The translations under genes were made by a program, and so were the position numbers. Under the pieces are notes generated by a model. It worked only from the letters and a program-made list of their open reading frames with translations. It searched no databases and had not been told where the DNA came from. 40,508 nt of DNA from Draconibacterium sp. (GTDB lineage Bacteria; Bacteroidota; Bacteroidia; Bacteroidales; Prolixibacteraceae), in the NCBI GenBank assembly GCA_027011835.1, contig JALUZN010000059.1:1-40508 (forward strand). Direction: 5' to 3'. This document shows positions 1 through 10,023 of this stretch, piece after piece (the stretch's first letter is position 1; the number at the start of each line of letters is the position of its first letter).

Positions 1-129
1 AATTGTGCTACCACAATAAAAGCATTTTTTTATTCATAACCTTTGATTTGCTGCAAAGCTAATAAATATAAGGCGTAGCAAACTTTATAGCCTCCTTTTT
101 GTCCATTAGGCCTAGAATAGCAAAAACAA

Positions 130-289
130 TTGGGCTCCAGCCCAAAATACTGTTAATGCTACATCCTTGAGGTTGATTAATGAATTCTGTGTCCGTCCCT
201 TAAAAGGGACGGCCAAGGGTATTTCTTATAACAATAATAAATCTGTGATTTTTTGTTGTTTATTCTTTGCCGTTGGTTTCAGCCAACGG
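130..289. repeat. REP-like palindrome cluster, family D (CCGTTGG-N6-CCAACGG / CCGTCCC-N6-GGGACGG type)
   Basis: Hairpins TTGGGCTCCAGCCCAA (130-145), CCGTCCCTTAAAAGGGACGG (193-212) and CCGTTGGTTTCAGCCAACGG (270-289); 193-289 aligns with 10444-10532 including the spacer AATAATAAATCTGT. Confidence 0.8.
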
Positions 290-320
290 ACTTTATGTAA
301 TAAGGGATTTTTAGCAGGCC

Positions 321-1454
321 CTATTCTAAAATAACTTTCCCTTCAATTTCAACAAGAAGGTCGTTTCTGCAAATATCGGCAATAATATAAACCACAGGTT
401 GGTTGCCAAAATGGGTTTCAAACACCTCGCGAATAGCGGGATAGTGTTCTCGTTTTTTGATATAAACGCGTGCGTGTCCATATCGCGATAAAACGGTATT
501 ATTGTTTGATATTTTTTGCAAAACTTCTTCAGAGTAAAGCCGTTGAATATTTTGAATTGTAATTTCTGTTTGTTTAACCGGATTGTTAACTCCCACAGTA
601 TTTTCTCCAATAATAGAAGCTGTGCCGGAAATAAAAATAAGTTTTTTCTCAAACATATTCATAAACCGGGCGCGTTCGAATTTAGGAGTTGTTTTTATAA
701 TGCACTCTTCGCCAATTAATACCTCTTCGCTATAACTGTGGGCCGCAATTTGTCCGGGGTTGTCAACCGGTTTTGTTTCAATCTCTGTCGACTGAACGGC
801 AACAAACTCAATAATTAGTCCTCCCCGGTTCATCCCGATTCCTGTTGCCGCCGGGTATCCGTTTTTGGTAAAACTGTTGCCGTAAAAACCGGAGCGAACA
901 TTGTTGAACTCCTGGTAGCGTTGTTCTTCGCCGTCGAAACCAACAATGTTTTCAATATAATTCCATTGCCGAACAATTGAGCTAACCGGAAATGAAAGTT
1001 TGCTAAACAGTTTGCCTAATGCATTAAATGCATTTTCCGAATCGGTTTTGCACCCTGCTTTTTGGTCCGACTGAATGTTACCAATTAAAACCTTTGTGTT
1101 GCTTTGACTAAACAAAACAGAAACATTATTATCGGTATTGAAAAATTCGATATCCCAGTATTTCGGATCGTAATAAAACGCTTCAATAATAATATGGCTG
1201 GTAAGAGGAGGCTGTGCAATTAAACTAAAAACCACTTTGTCGGAGAAAATACGAGAAACCCGTGATTGAATATCTCTGCTCAATATTTCATATTCCTTAT
1301 CGGAAGCGGTATTGACGAAAAAGTTTAGTTTAAAAACTTTTTTACCCGAATTAATTAACGATAGCTGCGCCATACAGTCGCTTAGCTGGTCGTTTATTGT
1401 GCTGCCCGATTTCTCGGGTTTTATATATATTCTGTCTCCGTTTAAAAAATACAT
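321..1454 (-). CDS. FkbO/Hyg5-like (chorismatase / Rid-YjgF fold) family protein
   Basis: 377 aa; motifs IVRQWNYI, YQEFNNVR, YPAATGIG, NPGQIAAHSY, PKFERA, FISGTASIIGE and ADICRNDLLVEIEG typical of FkbO/Hyg5-like proteins. Confidence 0.75.
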   Translation of the reverse strand: MYFLNGDRIYIKPEKSGSTINDQLSDCMAQLSLINSGKKVFKLNFFVNTASDKEYEILSRDIQSRVSRIFSDKVVFSLIAQPPLTSHIIIEAFYYDPKYWDIEFFNTDNNVSVLFSQSNTKVLIGNIQSDQKAGCKTDSENAFNALGKLFSKLSFPVSSIVRQWNYIENIVGFDGEEQRYQEFNNVRSGFYGNSFTKNGYPAATGIGMNRGGLIIEFVAVQSTEIETKPVDNPGQIAAHSYSEEVLIGEECIIKTTPKFERARFMNMFEKKLIFISGTASIIGENTVGVNNPVKQTEITIQNIQRLYSEEVLQKISNNNTVLSRYGHARVYIKKREHYPAIREVFETHFGNQPVVYIIADICRNDLLVEIEGKVILE

Positions 1455-1550
1455 TTCATCCCCCTAAAAAAGAGTCACAAATATGGTAGTTTTTTTTGAA
1501 AAACGTTCAGTTTTTGAAGAAATTGGAAAATAATTTTTGAAAAACCGGTA

Positions 1551-2231
1551 TTAATAATCGCTATTCGCTTTGGCGCCGTTAAGGATTGCCTCGGTAGACC
1601 CGACTCCTAGCCGGTTTGCACCTTGTTCTAAAAAGGCTACTGCGTCGTCCCACGAGCGAATTCCTCCCGACGCTTTTACCTGCATTTTGTCGCCTACGGT
1701 TTTAATCATCACATCAATGTATTCGGGTTTTGCTCCGCCAGGACCAAATCCGGTTGATGTTTTTACAAAATCGGCTCCCGCCAGGTACGACAATTCGCAC
1801 GCTTTTGCAATTTGGTCGGCAGTTAAAAAGCCACTCTCCTGAATAACTTTTACAAGGATATTTTTTTTATGCGCCACTTCAACCACAGCTTTTATATCGT
1901 TTAAAACATAGTTGTAGTCGCCCGAAAGGAATTTGCCGATATTCATTACCATATCAATCTCGTGAACGCCGTCGGCAATTGCCTGTTCCGCCTGAAATGC
2001 CTTTGTTGCAGTGGTGTCGGCGCCGTGCGGAAAACTTAAAACGCACGATACTTTTACATCGCTATTTTGTAACAGTCCGGCTGCCGCTGCAATGTCGCAG
2101 GGTTTTACGCACATGCTATAAACTTCGTTTTCGATACACATTTGTGCGTGCTGTTTTAAATCTTCATCGGTCATATCGGGCTTTAAAACCGCATGGTCTA
2201 TGGTTTTTGCTACTTGCTTTTTTGTATACAT
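1551..2231 (-). CDS. deoC: deoxyribose-phosphate aldolase
   Basis: IDHAVLKP, EIDMV, ADFVKTSTGF (Schiff-base Lys), VKASGGIR, RLGVGS. Confidence 0.93.
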   Translation of the reverse strand: MYTKKQVAKTIDHAVLKPDMTDEDLKQHAQMCIENEVYSMCVKPCDIAAAAGLLQNSDVKVSCVLSFPHGADTTATKAFQAEQAIADGVHEIDMVMNIGKFLSGDYNYVLNDIKAVVEVAHKKNILVKVIQESGFLTADQIAKACELSYLAGADFVKTSTGFGPGGAKPEYIDVMIKTVGDKMQVKASGGIRSWDDAVAFLEQGANRLGVGSTEAILNGAKANSDY

Positions 2232-2264
2232 TGTACGATGTTAAATTGTCAAGTTCTACTTTTA

Positions 2265-2492
2265 CTAATCAACAATTGCATTAATAATCTCAATTGCTTT
2301 TTCCGAGTCTGATTCTAATACAAACAAATCAATAGCAGAGGGAGTTCCACCAACAAAACCGGCATTTATTCCTTGATGAAAGCCATCTTTTGTAATTGAA
2401 CTTATTCCTTCTTTTTCCAGATTCACTCGAATTCTTTCGATTATTACTTCATTCCCGGTGTAAACCGATACAATTTTGTCTTTATCATTCAT
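2265..2492 (-). CDS. small DUF2007-like (putative signal-transducing) protein
   Basis: 75 aa, LEKEGI...IDLFVLESDSEKAIEII pattern; co-oriented in the xse-deoC run. Confidence 0.65.
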   Translation of the reverse strand: MNDKDKIVSVYTGNEVIIERIRVNLEKEGISSITKDGFHQGINAGFVGGTPSAIDLFVLESDSEKAIEIINAIVD

Positions 2493-2530
2493 AGCGTAAA
2501 AATTAAGTTAATATTGAATTCTTATCCTTC

Positions 2531-2731
2531 TCAATCTTCCATCTCTTTTAAAACCTGTTCAACCTGTTCGTTTGTTTTATGCAATTTGTCTTTACAGATT
2601 TTTAGTAAGACTGAAACTCGTTTTACTTTTTCAGCCAGCTCATCAACATCAAACTCTTCGTTTTCTATTTTTTCAAGAATCTCCTCAATCTCTGCCATTG
2701 CTTCGCTGTACGATACTTTTTTTGCTGTCAT
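2531..2731 (-). CDS. xseB: exodeoxyribonuclease VII small subunit
   Basis: SYSEAMAEIEEILEKIE...DVDELAEKVKR; starts 1 nt after the xseA stop. Confidence 0.93.
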   Translation of the reverse strand: MTAKKVSYSEAMAEIEEILEKIENEEFDVDELAEKVKRVSVLLKICKDKLHKTNEQVEQVLKEMED

Positions 2732-2732
2732 T

Positions 2733-4163
2733 TTATGCTTTTTTTACAATTTTACTTTTTACTTTTCCTTTTGAAAAGAGGGTTTCAATTTCATCGTTCA
2801 GGTTTAATTCCGATGAAGATTTTACTGCTTTCCCATTTTTCAAAGTTAACGAATATCCCCGTTTTAAAATATTTTCGGGGTTAAGTAACCGGATTGTATT
2901 TTCGCTGAGTTTAATTTTTTCGTGTTCGAATAAAAGTATTCTTTTCGATTTTGCTGCTATTAAATCGCGATAATGTAACAGTGCAGCCTCTTCTTTTAAA
3001 AGCGATTCGCCAACCACCCGTTTTAAAACGCGGCGTTTCTGCTCCGTCCGGTTTTTTGTTTCGACAAACCAAAGCGAAACAGCCGAATGGAGGTTGTGTG
3101 TTAAACTATTTATTTCGTGCCTCTTTTTAAACGAAAACCGGTTTACATTTTGTTGTAACTCGTTTCCCAAATGCGAAATGCGCATCTGTTTTTCGATTAT
3201 AAACTGAGTTACCAGATGGTTTAAATTTCCCGCCATCTGTTCGAGTTTTGTATTTTCTTTATCAATTAAATTACGTGCAAGTTGTGCTATTTCGTTTTCG
3301 TTGTAAAGAAGCTGCTCATAAAAGCGGTTAACGCCTGCAATTAAAAATTCGGCTACGGCAGTGGGCGTTTTCATTCGGGTTTGTGCCACCAAATCAATAA
3401 TTGTATCGTCTTTTTCGTGTCCAATTCCGGTAATTATTGGCAGTGGAAACTGGGTGATAGTATAGGCCAGGTTGTAACTGTCGAAACTGCTTAAGTCGGC
3501 CGTAGCACCGCCGCCACGAATAATTGCTACCGCATCGAAAAAATCGTCGTACTGAAAAATATGTTCCAGTGCCCGAATTATCGAGGGTTCGGTTTCTGCT
3601 CCCTGCATGGTTGCCTCAAACAGTTTTGTGTAAAAAACAAACCCGTTCTCGTTGTTTTGCAGTTGGTTTATAAAATCGAGATATCCGGCTGCCGTTGCCG
3701 ACGAAATTACGGCAATTTTTTGCGGAACAAGTGGCAAGTCGAGCTCCTTATTCATTTCGAAGACGCCCTCTTGTTTCAGCCTGTTTATTATCTCTTTTCG
3801 TTGCATCGCCATGTCGCCAACGCTATAAACCGGGTCGATGTCTTTTATATTCAGACTCAGTCCGTACGCAGGATGATACTCGACTGAGACCTGCACCAGA
3901 ATTTTTATTCCCTGCGAGAATGTCTGTCCGGTTGTGGTTTCGAAGTAGGGTTTTAACATGCGGTAGGTGTACGACCAAATGGTTGCTCTCGATCGTGCAA
4001 GTATTGTATTCTCCTCTTTCTCAACTAATTCCAGATAGCAGTGCCCGGTGCGATTTTCTTTCATTTCACTCACTTCGGCAACAACCCAAACGGGTGCCGG
4101 AAAGGTATCCTGCAGGGTCTCCTTAATTGTTTTGTTGAGTTCCGAGAGAGTAAACTGTTGCAT
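2733..4163 (-). CDS. xseA: exodeoxyribonuclease VII large subunit
   Basis: VWVVAEVSE, GHCYLEL OB fold, IIRGGG, TGIGHEKD, KTPTAVAE, ILKRGYS. Confidence 0.95.
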   Translation of the reverse strand: MQQFTLSELNKTIKETLQDTFPAPVWVVAEVSEMKENRTGHCYLELVEKEENTILARSRATIWSYTYRMLKPYFETTTGQTFSQGIKILVQVSVEYHPAYGLSLNIKDIDPVYSVGDMAMQRKEIINRLKQEGVFEMNKELDLPLVPQKIAVISSATAAGYLDFINQLQNNENGFVFYTKLFEATMQGAETEPSIIRALEHIFQYDDFFDAVAIIRGGGATADLSSFDSYNLAYTITQFPLPIITGIGHEKDDTIIDLVAQTRMKTPTAVAEFLIAGVNRFYEQLLYNENEIAQLARNLIDKENTKLEQMAGNLNHLVTQFIIEKQMRISHLGNELQQNVNRFSFKKRHEINSLTHNLHSAVSLWFVETKNRTEQKRRVLKRVVGESLLKEEAALLHYRDLIAAKSKRILLFEHEKIKLSENTIRLLNPENILKRGYSLTLKNGKAVKSSSELNLNDEIETLFSKGKVKSKIVKKA

Positions 4164-4170
4164 CGTATTA

Positions 4171-5808
4171 TTAGATTTTATTCAGTTTAATGGTTTGTGT
4201 TACGTTCTCTGAATGAATGCGAACCAACAGAATTCCGCGTGGAAGGTTGTCGATATTCGTGATAATAATTTGTGATTTATCCTCTTTAGTCAAGTTTCTA
4301 AGTAAACGGCCTTCTATCGAATAAATTTCAATTTTGATATTTTTTTGAGTTGAATTCGATTTTCTTTTTAAAACAAAATTGTTGGTTGCCGGATTGGGAT
4401 AAACTGTCCAGAAGGTATTGGAGCTGTTTTGTTCTGCAATTTGACTTGCCAAAAAAGTCCACGCTTTTTTAAAATCGGGTATTCCAAATCCTAAAATAGA
4501 ATCGGGTTTTTCGTACTGAGATGCACTCATTTCAATGGCCTGTTTTACATCGGCAGCTGTTGCGTTTGGCATCGATTGCCAGAAACTGGTTGCCATTCCG
4601 GCCATTATTGGCGAGGCAAACGATGTGCCGCTGGCGAATCCTAAGTCTCCGTTCCTTAATTGCAGATAGGTGTTCCAGCCCACCGCTGCCACATTGGGTT
4701 TAATATCGCCGTCGGAAGCCGGGCCCAACGATGTAAACGGGGCATCGAATCCAAATTTATTTGTGGCGCCAACCGCAAGCACATTGTCGCCGTCGGCTGG
4801 GGCAATAATGTGTTGCCACGCTTTTTGTCGTTCGTTACCGGCAGCTACCACCACCAAAATTCCTCGCGAAAAAGCAATGTTTGCTCCGCGTGTTACGCGT
4901 GTTGTTTTTCCATCCATATCGGCGTAAGTATGGCTCAGTGTGTTGTCGTCGAATTCGTAATATCCCAACGAAGAGTTGATGACATCGACACCGGCACTGT
5001 CGGCAAATTCGGCTGCAGCAACCCAGTTGTCTTCTTCAATCGGGTATTCCGAATTAACATCTTCGGTACGTAAAAGCCAGTACGAAGCTTTGCGGGCTGT
5101 GCCAATTAAACTGCCCGGTACATTTCCTCCCATACACGAAAGTACACTCATTCCGTGGTAGTGCGTTGCATAGAAATCGTCGTTGGAGTTAACAAAATCT
5201 TTTGTGCCCAAAATTTGGTTGTTGGCCCATAAACTGTCGAAAGCAGCGAACTCGTTTGCTTTATAAAAGCCGGCATCGATTACGGCAATTTGCATCCCCT
5301 GTCCGTTAAATCCATTGTTATGAATAAACTGGCCATTCATTAATCCGGTTTGGTAAACCGATTCGCCATACAACGAAGTGTCGATGGGGTCTTTGTTGCC
5401 GGATTCCGGTTCGTCGAATTTATTGTACGTGCTTTTTGAGTTGTTTCCCGGTTTCGAAAGCAAAACTTCTTTTACAAACGAAATTTTTTGAACGCTGGTT
5501 TTGAATGTGTCGATTGATGTTTTTATGGTAATTCCATTCAGCCATTTCGAAGAGTGAACCAGTTGTGCGCCATAAGATAAAACCGAATCGATGTAATTTG
5601 TATTCACAGGAAGATCGAGCGAGTCGATGGCAATATTTTGTTTTTCCCGCCGCTGAATTGCGCGTTCAGAAAGGTATTCACCGGGCGATGAAAGCGAATA
5701 TTTTGTGTTGTTTTTATTTTTAAAAGCAACCCAAAAATAGTTTTGCGCCTCCGAATAAAAAGAGATGCCAAACGAAAAGAGAATAAAAAGTATTGTAATT
5801 TTCCTCAT
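4171..5808 (-). CDS. secreted S8 (subtilisin-like) serine peptidase with T9SS C-terminal sorting domain
   Basis: Signal peptide; catalytic triad IAVIDAG / HGMSVLS / SGTSFASP; oxyanion AAGN; C-terminal VYPNPA...GILLVRI...KLNKI. Confidence 0.9.
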   Translation of the reverse strand: MRKITILFILFSFGISFYSEAQNYFWVAFKNKNNTKYSLSSPGEYLSERAIQRREKQNIAIDSLDLPVNTNYIDSVLSYGAQLVHSSKWLNGITIKTSIDTFKTSVQKISFVKEVLLSKPGNNSKSTYNKFDEPESGNKDPIDTSLYGESVYQTGLMNGQFIHNNGFNGQGMQIAVIDAGFYKANEFAAFDSLWANNQILGTKDFVNSNDDFYATHYHGMSVLSCMGGNVPGSLIGTARKASYWLLRTEDVNSEYPIEEDNWVAAAEFADSAGVDVINSSLGYYEFDDNTLSHTYADMDGKTTRVTRGANIAFSRGILVVVAAGNERQKAWQHIIAPADGDNVLAVGATNKFGFDAPFTSLGPASDGDIKPNVAAVGWNTYLQLRNGDLGFASGTSFASPIMAGMATSFWQSMPNATAADVKQAIEMSASQYEKPDSILGFGIPDFKKAWTFLASQIAEQNSSNTFWTVYPNPATNNFVLKRKSNSTQKNIKIEIYSIEGRLLRNLTKEDKSQIIITNIDNLPRGILLVRIHSENVTQTIKLNKI

Positions 5809-5830
5809 ATTTATTAAACTTTATTCAGCG

Positions 5831-6640
5831 TTATTTCTCATCGATAAATGCGATTTTACTCCATTTGTCGGGTAAATGAGCATCGTAAACACCGTGACTA
5901 TTTAATGCTGTTGCAGGATGAGGCTGTACCTCTATCCCATTTTGAACAAGTTTTTCAAATCTACCTAGAAACATACTCCAAACATCGCCATTTTCAGGAG
6001 GCAAAGAACGACCATTTGCTAACAGCTCCAGGCTTTTCCAGGGAATCGCAATTTCCAAACTCCATCCTTCATCAATGTCACTGTTATCATTTAAAGTCCC
6101 ATCTATTTTAACCGCCGATTGCAATCCCGGCATTTCATAATTTGGGAAAGCCCAACGGATACCCCTAGGGTGGGTGCCTTTCCAAAAAGATGCATCTGCA
6201 CGGTCATCATTGCCTCCAAATGTATACGCATCCGACTGATGAACATCGAACACAGGAATATCGAATTTGCTACCTTTTGTGTATGCATCTTTCCAAATAA
6301 AAAAGACTTCATAAACAGTATTGAGCGCATTTACCTCGAACTCGTAATAACAATCGCCTCCGTCGATAAAGAGTTCCAGATCATTTTCTAAAAATATTAT
6401 ATCACCCCGTTTGGTCAGTTTTGCTTCAACAAAACGTTCTTCGGCATAGAATGCCAAATAGAGATGGGTATCGTTCCAAAGAATTGCAGAGCGTGTGTTG
6501 TACAAGGCCGTGCCGGCAGTAACCAAATCCACAAATCTTCTGCTCCACCGGGCATTCTTCCATACCTCCTTTTTTACATCTCCGTCAATAACAATTGATG
6601 ATGAAATTTTTTTTGCAGTATAATCAGGTGTTGTATTCAT
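5831..6640 (-). CDS. carbohydrate-binding family 9-like (DOMON/CBM9) protein
   Basis: IDGDV..W, LWNDTHLY, ELFID, YYEFEVNALN, WSLEIAIPW; no obvious signal peptide. Confidence 0.75.
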   Translation of the reverse strand: MNTTPDYTAKKISSSIVIDGDVKKEVWKNARWSRRFVDLVTAGTALYNTRSAILWNDTHLYLAFYAEERFVEAKLTKRGDIIFLENDLELFIDGGDCYYEFEVNALNTVYEVFFIWKDAYTKGSKFDIPVFDVHQSDAYTFGGNDDRADASFWKGTHPRGIRWAFPNYEMPGLQSAVKIDGTLNDNSDIDEGWSLEIAIPWKSLELLANGRSLPPENGDVWSMFLGRFEKLVQNGIEVQPHPATALNSHGVYDAHLPDKWSKIAFIDEK

Positions 6641-6741
6641 CCTGTTTTTTCGTTAATTGTTCGATTTTCAAACTTACAAAATATAATGAAGTAATCTGTA
6701 AAAATATAATTACTTTCGGCCCGGAGAAAAAAGGAAGATTT

Positions 6742-7497
6742 ATGCTCGAGATTTGTGCTATCGCATCAGGCAGTAACGGAAACTGCTACTATATAGGAAA
6801 CGAAAATGAAGCCGTGTTGATTGATGCCGGAATATCGGGGAAGCAGGTTCTTGCACGAATGGCAGAACGTGGTTTAAGTTCCTCGAAAATAAAAGCTCTT
6901 TTTATTACGCACGAACACGGCGACCATATGCGTGGAGCACGCGGCGTTGAAAAGAAGTTACAGGTTCCGGTTTACATTACGGCAAAAACCCACAACGGAG
7001 CCTATAAAAATATGCGTACCAACACTCCAAAACATTTTGTGCCCGGCGATAAAATTACAATTGGCAATTTCACTGTTTTTACTTTTCTGAAAAATCACGA
7101 TGCGTCGGAGCCCTGCTCGTTCCGGGTTCGGTATAAAAACAAAAATGTGGGGGTTTTTACCGATATTGGTGAAGCGTGCGAAAATGTAAAAACGCACCTG
7201 CAAAAGTGCGATGCTCTATTTTTAGAGTCGAATTACGATGAGGAGATGCTTTTAAACGGAAGTTACCCCTATTTCCTGAAACAGCGGGTGGCTTCGGAAG
7301 TTGGTCATTTGTCGAACGACCAAACATTCGACTTACTAAAGAACCACGCGGGCAAAAATTTACAATGTGTATTTTTAAGCCATCTTTCGAAAGAGAACAA
7401 TACGCCGGAGAAAGCGATGGAACGAATGAAGTCGCTGGACTCGTTTAAAATTAAACTCACTTCGCGTTACGCAGCAAGCGAAGTTTACCGGTTTTAA
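6742..7497 (+). CDS. metallo-beta-lactamase-fold hydrolase, YycJ/WalJ-like
   Basis: ASGSNGN, THEHGDH (HxHxDH), LESNYD, GHLSN, HLSKENN; start moved from 6595 to ATG 6742 because the extension overlaps the divergent gene. Confidence 0.88.
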   Translation: MLEICAIASGSNGNCYYIGNENEAVLIDAGISGKQVLARMAERGLSSSKIKALFITHEHGDHMRGARGVEKKLQVPVYITAKTHNGAYKNMRTNTPKHFVPGDKITIGNFTVFTFLKNHDASEPCSFRVRYKNKNVGVFTDIGEACENVKTHLQKCDALFLESNYDEEMLLNGSYPYFLKQRVASEVGHLSNDQTFDLLKNHAGKNLQCVFLSHLSKENNTPEKAMERMKSLDSFKIKLTSRYAASEVYRF

Positions 7498-7511
7498 AAC
7501 ACGGTAACGTT

Positions 7512-8828
7512 TTACCCCTCCAGTAAATTGTCGCTTAAAGCCTGCAAAGTCTCCTTCTTATTTACTGTTGGTACCAAAACCGAGATATTGTAACGGCTTC
7601 CGCCATACGAAATCATGCGGATTGGAATTCCGTCGAGTGCATGAAATACTTTCGAAGCAAAACCTTTTTCTTCCTGAATGATATCGCCGACAATACAAAC
7701 AATCGACATTCCCGAATCGACTTCAACCGTGCCAAATTTCCCTAAATCTTCTCTTATTTCAGTAAGTTTTTGCGTGTTGTCAATTGTAATTGAAACGGCA
7801 ACCTCCGAAGTAGAAATCATATCGATGGGAGTTTCGTATTTTTCGAAAACGGCAAATACGTTTTTTAGAAAACCGTAAGCATTTAACATTCGTGCCGAGC
7901 GGATTTTTACCGCCGTAATTCCATCTTTTGCAGCCACTGCTTTAATTCCCTGCCCGTCGGTTTCTGACGAAATTAACGTTCCACCGTCGGTTGGGTTCAT
8001 TGTGTTTTTTAGCCGTACCGGAATGTTCTGAACGCGAGCAGGCAGCACTGTTTGCGGATGCAGAATTTTTGCTCCGAAGTAGGCCAGCTCGGCCGCTTCG
8101 TTAAACGAGAGGTGGTCTATTTTTTTTGTGTTTTCAACAAACCGGGGGTCGTTGTTGTGAAATCCGTCGATGTCTGTCCAAATCTGAATTTCTTCTGCAT
8201 CGATGGCAGCACCAATTAACGATGCGGTATAATCGCTTCCGCCACGCTGTAGGTTGTCAATTTCGTTGTTGGCATTTTTACAGATAAAACCCTGCGTAAT
8301 GTAGTAGTTGGCAGCACCAACTTCTTTAATCTCTTTTTTAATGTTTTTCCTGATGAAATGTGTGTCGGCAATTTTATCCTCATCAATTCGCATAAATTTA
8401 AGGGCAGGCAACAGTTTTGCTTTATGTCCGTTTTCAACCATCAGCAACGTAAAAAGTTGTGTTGAAATTAACTCGCCCTGTGCCAGTATTGTATTCTCGC
8501 CAAGTAGTCCAAAACTTCCGGAAGTAAACGACTTAATTGTATCGAAGCTCTTTTTTATTACTTTCAACCCACTCTTTTTGCTCTCTTCCGAAGTAAAAAG
8601 TCCGGCAATAACCTGTTTGTATTTTGTTTCGAGTTTTCCAATTTCCAAACGTGCGGTTTCTTTATTTTTTTGGTGTAAATATTTCGAAATCTCAACCAAC
8701 GAATTTGTGGTTCCCGACATGGCCGACAATACAACAATTTTCTGTTCTCCATCGGTAATCAATTTCATTACCGCTCTCATATTCTCCGGCGAGCCCACCG
8801 ATGTTCCCCCAAATTTCAGTACTTTCAT
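7512..8828 (-). CDS. lysC: aspartate kinase
   Basis: KFGGTSVG, RGGSDYTA, IWTDIDG, ELAYFGAKILHP, C-terminal ACT domains. Confidence 0.92.
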   Translation of the reverse strand: MKVLKFGGTSVGSPENMRAVMKLITDGEQKIVVLSAMSGTTNSLVEISKYLHQKNKETARLEIGKLETKYKQVIAGLFTSEESKKSGLKVIKKSFDTIKSFTSGSFGLLGENTILAQGELISTQLFTLLMVENGHKAKLLPALKFMRIDEDKIADTHFIRKNIKKEIKEVGAANYYITQGFICKNANNEIDNLQRGGSDYTASLIGAAIDAEEIQIWTDIDGFHNNDPRFVENTKKIDHLSFNEAAELAYFGAKILHPQTVLPARVQNIPVRLKNTMNPTDGGTLISSETDGQGIKAVAAKDGITAVKIRSARMLNAYGFLKNVFAVFEKYETPIDMISTSEVAVSITIDNTQKLTEIREDLGKFGTVEVDSGMSIVCIVGDIIQEEKGFASKVFHALDGIPIRMISYGGSRYNISVLVPTVNKKETLQALSDNLLEG

Positions 8829-8977
8829 AGTAAAAAAGAGTCTTCTTAATTAATGTCGTAAAGATGAATATTTTTGAATTATTTTTTACAATCATTCGGG
8901 CTATGTAAAACAAATATTAACTTAGCAACAGATTTTTACAACCGACTCAATTATTTATAACTCAAAATTGTTCTATT

Positions 8978-9865
8978 ATGAAACAACTACTAATCGTTTT
9001 GTCTATTGTTACCCTTTTTCAAATCAATGTATCGGCTCAAAAACAACCTGCATATTATTTGGTTGCTACTTCGCAGGGGACCATTGCCGATGCTAAAAGT
9101 TCTGTTATAACTGCTTTGCAAAGCTCGGGATTTAACGTTATTGGTCAATACAATCCGGCCAATTCGGAAAATCTTGCCGTTGTTTGTTATACGCACCCCG
9201 ACCTCGAAAAAATTGCCCTCGATTTTGCCGATCGTGGCGCGCTGGCAGCAGCTTTAAAGATAGGCTTTAAAAAAGAGGATAATTCGGTGAAAATAAGTAT
9301 GATTAATCCGATGTATCTTTTCTATGCCTATTTTGTTGAAGGGATTGATGTGCACGAAAAAGAGTTGCTTGCAATTTCGGAGAGTGCAAAAACCGCAATG
9401 AAAAAAGTGGGTAGCAATTTTACCCCTTTTGGTGGCGAACTCAGTAAAAAGGAGTTGCAAAACTACCATTATAAAATAATGATGCCCTATTTTGAAGATG
9501 CTGAGGAGTTAAAAGAGTTCGACTCGTTTGAGGCAGGATTAAAAACCATTCGAGAGAACTTAAATTCCGGAAAAGGAGACACTAAAAAGGTGTACGAACT
9601 AATTTATACCGATAAAAAAGTGGCTGTTTTTGGTGTTGCTCTTTTAAATACAGAGGAGGGCGAGCCCAAATTTCTTCCCATAATTGGCGACGAAAATGTT
9701 GCTGCCATGCCGTATGAAATTATCCTTCAAGGGAAAACTGCATCGATTTTGCCGGGGAAATACCGGTTGGCAATTAGCTGGCCCAACCTGTCGATGGGGA
9801 CTTTTATGAAGATTATGAATACACCGGGCGATATTGAAGATACCATGGAGGAGTTAACGGAATAA
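8978..9865 (+). CDS. exported hypothetical protein, possibly tandem DUF302-like domains
   Basis: 295 aa with signal peptide; ALQSSGFNVIG and AAMPYEIIL segments resemble the DUF302 fold; function unknown. Confidence 0.55.
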   Translation: MKQLLIVLSIVTLFQINVSAQKQPAYYLVATSQGTIADAKSSVITALQSSGFNVIGQYNPANSENLAVVCYTHPDLEKIALDFADRGALAAALKIGFKKEDNSVKISMINPMYLFYAYFVEGIDVHEKELLAISESAKTAMKKVGSNFTPFGGELSKKELQNYHYKIMMPYFEDAEELKEFDSFEAGLKTIRENLNSGKGDTKKVYELIYTDKKVAVFGVALLNTEEGEPKFLPIIGDENVAAMPYEIILQGKTASILPGKYRLAISWPNLSMGTFMKIMNTPGDIEDTMEELTE

Positions 9866-9896
9866 AAGCGGGATTGCCGGGTGTTTAATTATTTCT

Positions 9897-10010
9897 TTTC
9901 TCGCAAAGCCGCAAAGTCGCTAAGGATTGATTTTAGTAAATTACAATAATTACCTCGTGTTTTGCAGGCCTCTGTTTGTGAGGTGTTTATAAAAACGTGC
10001 CGAACCATTA
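9897..10010. repeat. dispersed ~115 bp repeat R1 beginning TTTCTCGCAAAGCCGCAAAG
   Basis: Colinear with 19048-19161 through to CCGAACCAT; a short version lies at 37231-37259. Confidence 0.8.
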
Positions 10011-10023
10011 ACGTTTGAAATAA

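Noticed and set aside
1-61. Gene start at ATG 37 (- strand) behind a TAGCTTTG box at 54-61
   Set aside because: The frame closes after 9 codons (MNKKMLLLW*); cannot be judged at the window edge.
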